This document shows, one piece after another, positions 1 through 8,143 of a stretch of 32,000 nt of DNA. Origin of the DNA: Mycolicibacterium smegmatis (GTDB lineage Bacteria; Actinomycetota; Actinomycetes; Mycobacteriales; Mycobacteriaceae); the NCBI RefSeq assembly GCF_001457595.1, contig NZ_LN831039.1, forward strand, positions 5,700,001 to 5,732,000, written 5' to 3'. The notes beneath the pieces are model-generated. The model had not been told where the DNA came from. It ran no database searches and was given only the letters and a program-made list of their open reading frames with translations. Both the position numbers and the translations under genes were made by a program. How positions within the stretch are numbered: the first letter of the stretch is position 1; each line of letters begins with the position of its first letter.

Positions 1-1
1 C

Positions 2-481
2 AAGAAGGACCAACTGCGAGCCACGTTGTCTAGCCACGGGTTTTCAGTCAAGGACGCAGAACGTGTGCACCGGCAGCTCGCCGAATCACTCGGCGACGAA
101 GCCTCACGGTATTCCGTTCTCAAGGAATCTCTGGGCGCACGAGCAGACACCGCTAGGTCGTTCGGATTCTCCAGCATCCTATGGCCCAACTTCGACTTCG
201 AAGCGGCGGCGAACGATGCGGGACTACTTGAGTCGGCACGGTATCGGCATGTTCGGAACCGCTCGGACTTGCCCAATTCACCAAGAGAATTAGCGCTGTG
301 GAGCGTCGATGCCACCGAGTTCATCGGCCACTTCGGACCCATGACGGGAGGCGAACAATGGCCCCTGTTTCATGAGCTGCTGCCAGCATATGAAGAGTAC
401 GAATTCCAATGGGATGGGCGGCGTTACGGCGCCGGCTTCAGCTGGGGCCTATTCATGTACGCGGCGGAATACTGGGACTAG
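2..481 (+). CDS. hypothetical protein, 5'-partial (frame open to window start)
   Basis: The ORF track starts at TTG 26, but the same frame (AAG AAG GAC CAA CTG CGA GCC ACG TTG...) has no stop back to base 2, so the gene probably begins outside the window. No family recognised; the ORF ends ...GLFMYAAEYWD at TAG 479-481. Confidence 0.45.
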   Translation, partial: KKDQLRATLSSHGFSVKDAERVHRQLAESLGDEASRYSVLKESLGARADTARSFGFSSILWPNFDFEAAANDAGLLESARYRHVRNRSDLPNSPRELALWSVDATEFIGHFGPMTGGEQWPLFHELLPAYEEYEFQWDGRRYGAGFSWGLFMYAAEYWD

Positions 482-820
482 CCCCAGATCCCGCTGGCAT
501 TGGCCGGAGAACGATGGGTGCATGGCGATAAGTCGATCACGGAAGCGTTTGCTACTGGTATCGATCGGTGCCAGGCCGCGACGGCATGTACTTCCGACAC
601 GACATCGACACGAATGCGTCCTCAGCAAACAACGTAGACAGGTTTGGACAGGCGACTTGGACGTCCTGAGTGGCACCAACCACTGCCGACTCATTGTTCA
701 TTCATTCGTTTACAACCAGATAGCAACCGCATTTGGATCGAATCATCGGCATCTATTACACGCGATTCGCCCAGGTCAAGGCCAAATATCGCTGATTCGT
801 CGGCAGTCACCGGCAACCAT

Positions 821-866
821 CGCTTTCAAAGCCGGTGTCGCAGGTTCGAATCCTGCCGGGGGCACC
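821..866 (+). tRNA. isolated 3' tRNA fragment (T-arm plus 3' acceptor strand), probable att site rather than a complete tRNA gene
   Basis: GCAGG-TTCGAAT-CCTGC (840-856) is a perfect T-stem/loop, followed by CGGGGGC (857-863), discriminator A and CC. No matching GCCCCCG 5' acceptor strand, D-arm or anticodon stem is found in the preceding 100 nt. Confidence 0.6.
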
Positions 867-884
867 CTGTACCAAGATGGATTC

Positions 885-1301
885 ATGTGGCCTGAGTGGT
901 GGTCGATCGCCATCGGAGTGGTCCTGGGCCTCGCCCTCCTGTGGCTCGCATTGGTGGTCGTCTTGTGGGCGACCAAACCGGACGACGTCAGCCTGCGGGA
1001 TGCGATGCGCCTGCTTCCCGATCTGTTGCGACTGTTCAAGCGGCTCGCTGCGGACCCGACGTTGCCGAGGGGTGTCCGCGTCCGTCTGGCACTGTTGCTG
1101 GGTTACCTCGTGTTACCCTTCGATCTCATCCCGGATTTCGTCCCTGTGCTCGGCTACGCCGACGACGCGATCGTCGTCGCCCTCGCCCTGCGCTCGGTGA
1201 CCCGAAGAGCCGGCCCGGCGGCGCTGTCCGAGCACTGGCCCGGAACGCCCGAGGGTCTCCTCGCGGTGCGCCGCCTGTGCCGACTGCCGGACGGCGAATA
1301 G
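885..1301 (+). CDS. DUF1232/YkvA-like small membrane protein
   Basis: Frame of ORF 372..1301 from ATG 885: MWPEWWSIAIGVVLGLALLWLALVVVLWA...LARGVRVRLALLLGYLVLPFDLIPDFVPVLGYADDAIVVALALR-like text. The LxPxDLIPDFVPVxGYxDD signature is typical of DUF1232. Confidence 0.8.
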   Translation: MWPEWWSIAIGVVLGLALLWLALVVVLWATKPDDVSLRDAMRLLPDLLRLFKRLAADPTLPRGVRVRLALLLGYLVLPFDLIPDFVPVLGYADDAIVVALALRSVTRRAGPAALSEHWPGTPEGLLAVRRLCRLPDGE

Positions 1302-1310
1302 CGGATGCTG

Positions 1311-1348
1311 CAGTACACCATTTTCTGAATTCAGAAATAGATGTACTG
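1311..1348. promoter_or_regulatory. 38-bp near-palindromic operator in front of the CmtR-like gene
   Basis: CAGTACACCATTTTCTGAATTCAGAAATAGATGTACTG; 16 of 19 symmetric base pairs match, including a perfect 16-bp core TTTCTGAATTCAGAAA offset by the centre at 1329/1330. Confidence 0.7.
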
Positions 1349-1355
1349 TCGGCGC

Positions 1356-1694
1356 ATGCAGACCGCCTTGCACACCGACGCGCTCGCACGATTCGGCCAC
1401 GCGCTGTCGGACGTCACCCGCACCCGCATCCTGCTGAGCCTCAACGAGTCCCCGAACTATCCCGCCGACCTGGCCGAACAGCTCGGCGTCTCGCGGCAGA
1501 CACTCTCCAATCACCTGGCTTGCCTGCGTGGATGTGGCCTGGTGGTCGCCGTTCCCGAAGGCAGGCGGACTCGCTATGAGCTGGCCGACGCGCGCATCGG
1601 TCGGGCTCTCGACGACCTCATGGGCCTCGTCTTGGACGTGGATCCGGAGTGCCGATGCGTCGGCCCCGATGGCGCCGTGTGCGGATGCGGATGA
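1356..1694 (+). CDS. cmtR: ArsR/SmtB-family metal-responsive repressor, CmtR-like
   Basis: MQTALHTDALARFGHALSDVTRTRILLSLNESPNYPADLAEQLGVSRQTLSNHLACLRGCGLVVAVPEGRRTRYELADARIGRAL...; winged helix plus the C-L-R-G-C motif characteristic of CmtR. The start is placed at 1356 because ATG 1341 lies inside the operator. Confidence 0.8.
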   Translation: MQTALHTDALARFGHALSDVTRTRILLSLNESPNYPADLAEQLGVSRQTLSNHLACLRGCGLVVAVPEGRRTRYELADARIGRALDDLMGLVLDVDPECRCVGPDGAVCGCG

Positions 1695-2320
1695 TGGCCG
1701 ACACCAGCAAGTTGACGCCGACTCGACGCGCGGTGCTGGCACGACGTATCCGGATGTTCGTCGCCGCCACCATCACCTACAACGTCATCGAGGCCGTCGT
1801 GGCGCTGACGGAAGGCGCACGGGTGAGTTCGACCGCACTCATCGGGTTCGGCCTCGACTCCGTCATCGAGGTGTCGTCGGCGGCGGCAGTGGCGTGGCAG
1901 TTCGCCGGCCGCGACCCCGAAGCGCGGGAAAAGGTGGCCCTGCGGATCGTCGCGTTCTCGTTCTTCGGCCTGGCCACCTACGTCGCGGTCGACGCCATCC
2001 GATCGCTGCTCGGCATCGGGGAGGCACAACATTCGACCATCGGCATCGCGCTGGCCGCGCTCAGCTTGGTGATCATGCCGGTGCTGTCGTACGCGCAGCG
2101 ACGGGCCGGCCGCGAACTCGGATCGCTGTCGGCCGTGGCGGATTCGAAGCAGACGCTGCTGTGCACCTATCTGTCGGCGGTGCTGCTCGTCGGCCTGCTG
2201 CTCAACAGCATCTTCGGATGGTCATGGGCGGACCCGATCGCAGGCCTGGTGATCGCCGCGGTGGCGGTCCGGGAAGGCCTCGAAGCGTGGAAGGGCGACA
2301 CCTGCTGTTCGGCGGGTTGA
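1691..2320 (+). CDS. cation diffusion facilitator (CDF)-like membrane transporter
   Basis: MMADTSKLTPTRRAVLARRIRMFVAATITYNVIEAVVALTEG...ALIGFGLDSVIEVSSAAAVAWQF...FGWSWADPIAGLVIAAVAVREGLEAWKG; six-helix CDF-like pattern. Overlaps the cmtR-like stop (ATGATGG). Confidence 0.8.
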   Translation: MMADTSKLTPTRRAVLARRIRMFVAATITYNVIEAVVALTEGARVSSTALIGFGLDSVIEVSSAAAVAWQFAGRDPEAREKVALRIVAFSFFGLATYVAVDAIRSLLGIGEAQHSTIGIALAALSLVIMPVLSYAQRRAGRELGSLSAVADSKQTLLCTYLSAVLLVGLLLNSIFGWSWADPIAGLVIAAVAVREGLEAWKGDTCCSAG

Positions 2321-2348
2321 TTCCGACCTCTGCGGGGCACTCGTCAGC

Positions 2349-3737
2349 ATGGTGTTCACCGAAACCCTGCTTCTGCTCGCGGCCGACGGCGAGCCGCCGG
2401 GCCTGCTGCCCGCACGACAGCAGATGGCGTTCTCACTGGGCTGGCACATCGTGCTGGCGTGTTTCGGGGTGGCGTTCCCGACCATGATCTTCGTCGTGCA
2501 CCGTCGAGGCATCGTGCGTGACGACGCCGTCGCCCTGGGGCTGGCGCAGCGCTGGGCGAAGGTCTCGGCGGTGCTGTTCGCGATCGGCGCCGTGTCCGGC
2601 ACGGTCCTGAGCTTCGAGATGGGCCTGCTGTGGCCGGGCCTGATGGGACGCTTCGGCGACGTGTTGGGCCTGCCGTTCGCTTTCGAGGGCCTGTCGTTCT
2701 TCGTCGAGGCGATCTTCCTCGGCATCTATTTGTACGGGTGGGGACGTATGCCGCCGCGGCGGCACCTGCTGACGCTCATCCCGATGGGCCTCGCCGGCAT
2801 CGTCGGCACGTTCTGCGTCGTCTCGGTCAACGCGTGGATGAACAACCCGGCGGGCTTCCGGATCGTGAACGGCGAGGTGGTCGACATCGACCCGTGGCGC
2901 GCGATGTTCAACAGCGGTGTGTGGCTGCAGTTCGCGCACATGTGGGTCGCGGCGTTCATGCTCGTCGGACTCGTGGTGTCCGGTGTGTATGCGTTCGGCA
3001 TGCTGCGGGGGCGCGTCGACACCCACCACCGGCTGGGCTTCGCCGTGCCGTTCACATTTGCCTCGGTGGCCGCCGTCGCGCAACCGTTGATCGGGCACGT
3101 GCTGGGTATGCGGATCCACGACACCCAACCCGCGAAGCTCGCGGCGTTCGAACTGGCCCAGACCACCGAGGGCCCGGCACCGCTGCGCCTGGGTGGCGTG
3201 CTGATCGACGGAGAGGTGCACTGGGCGCTGACCATCCCACGGCTCGGTTCGATCATCGCGCGCAACTCGCTGGACGCACCGGTGCCCGGGCTGGACGGGG
3301 TCCCCCGTTCGGAGTGGCCACCGGTCAACATCACGCATCTGGCGTTCCAGTCGATGGTCGGCATCGGCACACTGCTGGCGGCCGTCGCGGTGGTGTACTG
3401 GCTGGCGCGGTGGCGCGGCCGGGACCTGCTGGCGAACCGGTGGTTTCTGCGGCTGAGCGTGATCACCGGCCCCCTGGCCGTCCTGGCGGTCGAATCCGGT
3501 TGGGTGGCAACCGAAGTAGGACGTCAGCCGTGGACGGTGTGGAAAGTGCTGACGACGACGGAGGCGGCGAGCCAGAGCAGCGGCCTGTGGTGGAGTTACG
3601 TCATCGTGCTTGTCGTCTACCTCGGCATGACCATCGGCGCCGTCGTCGTCCTGCGGTCGATGGCGCGGCGGTGGCGGGCCGGGGAAACCGACCTGCCCAG
3701 CCCTTACGGACCACCGCGCACGGAGGCCCGGTCATGA
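2349..3737 (+). CDS. cytochrome bd-type ubiquinol oxidase subunit I (short Q-loop, alternative bd type)
   Basis: LLPARQQMAFSLGWHIVLACFGVAFPTMIFVVHRRG..., ...ESGWVATEVGRQPWTVWKVLTTTEA... (GRQPW motif), multiple TM helices. Confidence 0.9.
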   Translation: MVFTETLLLLAADGEPPGLLPARQQMAFSLGWHIVLACFGVAFPTMIFVVHRRGIVRDDAVALGLAQRWAKVSAVLFAIGAVSGTVLSFEMGLLWPGLMGRFGDVLGLPFAFEGLSFFVEAIFLGIYLYGWGRMPPRRHLLTLIPMGLAGIVGTFCVVSVNAWMNNPAGFRIVNGEVVDIDPWRAMFNSGVWLQFAHMWVAAFMLVGLVVSGVYAFGMLRGRVDTHHRLGFAVPFTFASVAAVAQPLIGHVLGMRIHDTQPAKLAAFELAQTTEGPAPLRLGGVLIDGEVHWALTIPRLGSIIARNSLDAPVPGLDGVPRSEWPPVNITHLAFQSMVGIGTLLAAVAVVYWLARWRGRDLLANRWFLRLSVITGPLAVLAVESGWVATEVGRQPWTVWKVLTTTEAASQSSGLWWSYVIVLVVYLGMTIGAVVVLRSMARRWRAGETDLPSPYGPPRTEARS

Positions 3738-4732
3738 CGCAGGCCACCTTCGTCGCGATGGCGATGTTCCTGGGGGTCGTCATCTACGCGCTGTTCGCCG
3801 GCGCCGACTTCGGCTCCGGTTTCTACGATCTCACCGCAGGCGACGCCCGCAGCGGGGCCAAGGTACGCACACTCGTGGACCACAGCATCGGCCCGGTGTG
3901 GGAGGCCAACCACGTATGGCTGATCTACATCCTGGTGATCTGGTGGACGGGTTTTCCGCGGACGTTCGCCGCGGCGACGACAACACTGTTCATCCCGCTG
4001 GCCCTGGCGTTGACGGGAATCGTCCTGCGCGGCGCCAGTTTCGCGTTCCGCAAGTATTCGGCGACGGTGTCGCAGGCGCGACTGTTCGGTGCGATCTTCG
4101 CGGCGTCGTCGTTGATCAGCCCGTTCTTCCTGGGGACTGTCGCGGGGGCGATCGCCTCGGGACGCGTCCCGGCCGAGGGCTACGGCGACCGCATCGGATC
4201 GTGGCTCAATCCCACGTCGCTGGTCGGCGGGTTTCTGGCCGTGGCGACGTGTGTGTTTCTCGCGGGAGTGTTCCTCACCGCCGACGCCGCCCGCTCGGGT
4301 GACAACGGCCTCGCCGACAGTCTGCGACGACGCACACTGGCCGTCGGCGTCGTCACGGGTCTCATAGTGTTCGCCGGCCTCTATCCCGTCGCGCACGACG
4401 CTCCGACCCTGACCGCGGGCCTGCGCACCTATGCGGCGCCGCTTTTGGTGATCGCACTGCTGGCCGGCGTCGCGACGGTGTGGCTCGTGTTCCGGCGCCG
4501 CTACGCGATCAGCCGGATCCCCGCGGCGGTGGCCGTCGCGGCGGTGGTCACCGGGTGGGGCGTCGGGCAGTATCCGTGGCTGCTGGTCGACGAGGTGACC
4601 ATCGCCGACGCCGCCGGTGCGGACGCGACCCTGACGGGGTTGTTGATCGTGGTCGTCCTCGCGGGCGTGATCGTGCTGCCGGCACTGGCCTACCTGTTGC
4701 GACTCACGCAGACCGAGGAGTGGTCACGCTGA
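3734..4732 (+). CDS. cytochrome bd-type ubiquinol oxidase subunit II
   Basis: C-terminal half of ORF 2630..4732 from ATG 3734: MTQATFVAMAMFLGVVIYALFAGADFGSGFYDLTAGDARSGAKVRTLVDHSIGPVWEANHVWLIYILVIWWTGFPRTFA...; GAD(F)GxGxxDL and GPVWEANHVWLI are CydB-family motifs. 4-nt ATGA overlap with subunit I. Confidence 0.9.
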   Translation: MTQATFVAMAMFLGVVIYALFAGADFGSGFYDLTAGDARSGAKVRTLVDHSIGPVWEANHVWLIYILVIWWTGFPRTFAAATTTLFIPLALALTGIVLRGASFAFRKYSATVSQARLFGAIFAASSLISPFFLGTVAGAIASGRVPAEGYGDRIGSWLNPTSLVGGFLAVATCVFLAGVFLTADAARSGDNGLADSLRRRTLAVGVVTGLIVFAGLYPVAHDAPTLTAGLRTYAAPLLVIALLAGVATVWLVFRRRYAISRIPAAVAVAAVVTGWGVGQYPWLLVDEVTIADAAGADATLTGLLIVVVLAGVIVLPALAYLLRLTQTEEWSR

Positions 4733-5048
4733 CGACCGTGCGGTGAGGGCGGGTTCTGGCCCGAAAGCTCGCCATGGCGACACGCTCGGCGCAAGGATCG
4801 GCCGCATTCGGCTACCACTGCCGACTGGCGCGCCGCGTGAGACTCATCGCAGTCTCACGAGGCGCGTGAGCCACGACCCGCGGCACTGCAAACTTTTGCA
4901 GCCGTGTGACTACTACGGCAGCGAATAGAGCAAAGTTATTGCCACACAATGACAAAACCTGTTTTCAGGAACAAGAAGAAAAGCGTTAAGGTTGTTCACA
5001 GTTGGGGGCAATGAGTAAAACACGGCTAAGTAACCCGGAGGTGGGGGA

Positions 5049-5297
5049 ATGATCCGTTCGAAACTCATGCGGGCCTTGGTGGTCGGCGCCGGCGCCGTCG
5101 CGGTGCCGATGAGTGTGGCGGTTATCGGTGCGGCACCCGCATCGGCCGGTCCCGATCTGTGCGTGAGCGGGCCGTATGGATACGCGTACGCGTGCGTCGA
5201 AGGGCCAGGTTGGGTGCGGCCTTGGGTCGATCCCGGCCCAGGTTGGCGTGGCCACGGTCCCGGCCCTGGCAAGGGCCACTGGAAGCACCACCACTGA
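5049..5297 (+). CDS. small secreted Gly/Pro/His-rich protein
   Basis: MIRSKLMRALVVGAGAVAVPMSVAVIGAAPASAGPDLCVSGPYGYAYACVEGPGWVRPWVDPGPGWRGHGPGPGKGHWKHHH; Sec-type signal peptide with ASA cleavage region, RBS-like GGAGG upstream, strong terminator downstream. Confidence 0.7.
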   Translation: MIRSKLMRALVVGAGAVAVPMSVAVIGAAPASAGPDLCVSGPYGYAYACVEGPGWVRPWVDPGPGWRGHGPGPGKGHWKHHH

Positions 5298-5310
5298 ACC
5301 GCAGATGAGC

Positions 5311-5354
5311 AGCGCCGTGGCGGGGATCTCCGGATCCCCGCCACGGCGCTTTTT
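5311..5354 (+). terminator. rho-independent terminator
   Basis: Perfect 17-bp stem AGCGCCGTGGCGGGGAT / ATCCCCGCCACGGCGCT with 6-nt loop CTCCGG, followed by TTTT (T-run 5350-5354). Confidence 0.9.
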
Positions 5355-5401
5355 CATGCCACGCCTTCAGTCACTCTCTTAGTTGTAGTAACCTGCCTCA
5401 C

Positions 5402-6616
5402 ATGGAAAACGTCTGGGTGCTGGGCGGCTACCAGAGTGATTTCGCCCGAAACCTCACCCGCGAGAACCTCGATTTCGCGGACTTGACGCGTGAGGTCGTC
5501 GAGAACACGTTGGCGCACGCCAAAATTGACGCCAGCGATATCGGCGTCGTGCACGTGGCCAACGCGTTCGGCGAACTGTTCGCGCGGCAGGGTCACCTCG
5601 GCGCGATGCCCGCGACCGTCCACGAGGGGCTGTGGGACACCCCGTCGAGCAGGCACGAGGCGGCATGCGCGTCGGGCAGCGTCGCCGCGCTCGCGGCGAT
5701 CGCCGACCTGCGCTCCGGTGCGTACGACACCGCACTGGTGGTCGGCGTGGAACTGGAGAAGACCGTGCCCGGTGACGACGCCGCGGCGAACCTGGGCACC
5801 GCGGCGTGGACCGGCCACGAAGGCGCCGACGCCACCTACATGTGGCCCTGGATGTTCTCGAAGGTCGCCGACGAATACGACCGCCGCTACTGCCTCGACC
5901 CCGCCCACCTGCGCGTGATCGCGGCGGTGAACTTCGCCAACGCGCGACGCAACCCCAACGCGCAGACCCGCACGTGGAACGTTCCCGACCCGCTGACCGA
6001 CGACGACGCGACCAATCCGGTCGTCGAGGGCCGCATCCGCCGCTTCGACTGCAGCCAGATGACCGACGGCGGCGCGGGCGTTGTCCTGGTGACCGACCGC
6101 TGGCTGCGCGCACATCCCGGCGTGACGCCGCAGGCCCGCATCGCTGGGTGGGGTCACCGCACGGTGGGGCTCGGCCTGCAGCAGAAGATCGACCGGGCAG
6201 ACGCAGACCCGTACCTGCTCCCCCACGTGCGCGGCGCCGTGCAGGATGCGTTCGGCCGGGCGCAGGTGACCCTCGACGACATCGACGGTTTCGAGGTCCA
6301 CGACTGCTTCACCCCCAGCGAGTACCTGGCGATCGACCACATCGGGCTCACCGGCCCGGGCGAATCGTGGAAGGCCATCGAGAACGGTGAGATCGAGATC
6401 GGTGGACGGCTGCCGATCAACCCGAGCGGCGGCCTGATCGGCGGCGGTCACCCCGTTGGCGCCTCCGGTGTCCGGATGCTGCTCGACGCCACTAAGCAGG
6501 TGAGCGCCTCGGCAGGCGAGTACCAGGTCGAGGCCGCAAAGACGTTCGGCACGTTGAACTTCGGTGGGAGCACCGCGACCACCGTCAGTTTTGTCGTCAC
6601 AGCAGGCAAGGAGTAA
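5402..6616 (+). CDS. thiolase-family protein (acetyl-CoA acetyltransferase / SCP-x-type thiolase)
   Basis: MENVWVLGGYQSDFARNLTRENLDFADLTREVVENTL...; HEAACASGSVAALAAIADLRSGAYDTALVVGVE (active Cys region), NPSGGLIGGGHPVGASG (C-terminal thiolase motif). Confidence 0.88.
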   Translation: MENVWVLGGYQSDFARNLTRENLDFADLTREVVENTLAHAKIDASDIGVVHVANAFGELFARQGHLGAMPATVHEGLWDTPSSRHEAACASGSVAALAAIADLRSGAYDTALVVGVELEKTVPGDDAAANLGTAAWTGHEGADATYMWPWMFSKVADEYDRRYCLDPAHLRVIAAVNFANARRNPNAQTRTWNVPDPLTDDDATNPVVEGRIRRFDCSQMTDGGAGVVLVTDRWLRAHPGVTPQARIAGWGHRTVGLGLQQKIDRADADPYLLPHVRGAVQDAFGRAQVTLDDIDGFEVHDCFTPSEYLAIDHIGLTGPGESWKAIENGEIEIGGRLPINPSGGLIGGGHPVGASGVRMLLDATKQVSASAGEYQVEAAKTFGTLNFGGSTATTVSFVVTAGKE

Positions 6617-6619
6617 CGC

Positions 6620-8143
6620 ATGCACACCGAGGTCGTCGCGAAGTATCTGTCGACGCTGCCCGAGGATGACACCCACCCGTACCGCACCGGTGCCTGGCGC
6701 CCACAGACCACCGAGTGGGACGCCGACGACCTGACGGTCGTGGAAGGCGAGATCCCCGCCGACCTGGACGGGGTGTACCTGCGCAACACGGAGAACCCGA
6801 TGCACCCGGCATTCAAGGTCTACCACCCCTTCGACGGTGACGGCATGCTGCACGTGGTGGGCTTCCGCGACGGTAAGGCGTTCTACCGCAACAGGTTCGT
6901 CCGCACCGACGGACTGCTCGAGGAGAACGCCGAGGGTGGTCCGCTGTGGCCGGGCATCGCCGAACCGGTCGAGCTGGCCAAGCGCGACTACGGCTGGGGT
7001 GCACGCACTTTGATGAAGGACGCGTCGAGCACCGACGTCACCGTGCACCGCGGCGTCGCGCTGACCAGCTTCTACCAGTGCGGTGACCTGTACCGCATCA
7101 ACCCCCACACGGGCGACACGCTGGGCAAGGAGAACTGGAACGGCGGGTTCCCGGTCGACTGGGGTGTCTCGGCGCACCCCAAGAACGACGACCGCACGGG
7201 CGAACTGCTGTTCTTCAACTACGGCAAGCAGGCACCGTACATGCACTTCGGCGTCGTCGACCAGAACAACAACCTGGTGCACTACACCGACGTCGAACTG
7301 CCCGGACCGCGCCTGCCCCACGACATGGCGTTCACCGAGAACTACGTGATCCTCAACGATTTCCCGATGTTCTGGGACGCCGAGTTCCTCAAACACAACG
7401 CGCACATCCCGCGTCTGCACCGCGACCTGCCGTCACGCTTCGCGGTCGTCCCGCGCCGCGGCGGCGACATCAAGTGGTTCGAGGCCGACACCACCTACGT
7501 GCTGCACTTCACCAACGCCTTCGAGGACGGCGACGAGATCGTCATGGACGGGTTCTTCCAGGGCTCCCCCGAACCCGACGACGACCCGGCGGACAACGGC
7601 ATGAGCCGCAAGTGGCAGCGCTTCTTCCGGTATCTGTCGCTCGACGGCATGCAGACCCGGTTGCACCGCTGGCGCTTCAACCTGGTCACGGGTGAGACCC
7701 GCGAGGAGCAACTCTCGGACAGCCTCACCGAATTCGGCATGATCAACCCGGATTTCGCGACGCAGGACTACCGGTACATCTACGCCGCGACCGGCAAGCC
7801 CGGCTGGTTCCTGTTCGACGGTCTGGTGCGCCACGATCTGCGAACGGGTTCAGAGGAGCGGTACACCTTCGCCGACGGCGTGTACGGCAGCGAGACCGCG
7901 ATGGCACCCCGCGTTGGCGGCAGCGGCGAGGACGACGGCTATCTGGTTACCCTGATCAGTGACATGAACGATGACGCGTCCTACTGCCTGGTGTTCGACG
8001 CCGCCCGCGTCGGCGACGGGCCGGTGTGCAAACTGGCTCTGCCCGAGCGTATCTCCAGCGGCACGCACTCCACCTGGGTCTCCGGTGCGGAGCTGCGGCG
8101 TTGGCACACCTCCGACGACGCGGCGGCCGCGATCGGCATGTAG
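6620..8143 (+). CDS. carotenoid oxygenase (carotenoid/stilbene cleavage dioxygenase) family protein
   Basis: MHTEVVAKYLSTLPEDDTHPYRTGAWRPQTTEWDADDLTVVEGEIPADLDGVYLRNTENPMHPAFKVYHPFDGDGMLHVVGF...; candidate iron-ligand His contexts SAHPKND, LPHDMAFTENYVI, VLHFTNAFEDGDEI, SSGTHSTWV. Confidence 0.88.
   Translation: MHTEVVAKYLSTLPEDDTHPYRTGAWRPQTTEWDADDLTVVEGEIPADLDGVYLRNTENPMHPAFKVYHPFDGDGMLHVVGFRDGKAFYRNRFVRTDGLLEENAEGGPLWPGIAEPVELAKRDYGWGARTLMKDASSTDVTVHRGVALTSFYQCGDLYRINPHTGDTLGKENWNGGFPVDWGVSAHPKNDDRTGELLFFNYGKQAPYMHFGVVDQNNNLVHYTDVELPGPRLPHDMAFTENYVILNDFPMFWDAEFLKHNAHIPRLHRDLPSRFAVVPRRGGDIKWFEADTTYVLHFTNAFEDGDEIVMDGFFQGSPEPDDDPADNGMSRKWQRFFRYLSLDGMQTRLHRWRFNLVTGETREEQLSDSLTEFGMINPDFATQDYRYIYAATGKPGWFLFDGLVRHDLRTGSEERYTFADGVYGSETAMAPRVGGSGEDDGYLVTLISDMNDDASYCLVFDAARVGDGPVCKLALPERISSGTHSTWVSGAELRRWHTSDDAAAAIGM

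Noticed and set aside
821-866. Complete functional tRNA gene
   Set aside because: No 5' acceptor strand, D-arm or paired anticodon stem upstream; only the 3' portion folds.
1649-1690. N-terminal extension MPMRRPRWRRVRMR of the CDF-like transporter
   Set aside because: It overlaps the end of the cmtR-like gene; the MMADTSKL start at 1691/1694 in an ATGATG context is more plausible.
2630-4732. 700-aa plus-strand ORF taken as one protein
   Set aside because: Only the part from ATG 3734 is recognisable (oxidase subunit II). The N-terminal 368 codons are an out-of-frame shadow of subunit I.
4890-4925. Hairpin GCCGT-GTGACTACT-ACGGC
   Set aside because: A 5-bp stem in a long intergenic region; expected by chance and not linked to a start or stop.
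5354-7420. 688-aa ORF on the minus strand
   Set aside because: Antisense to the well-supported thiolase and carotenoid oxygenase genes; low-complexity Arg/Val/Gly-rich translation typical of high-GC shadow ORFs.
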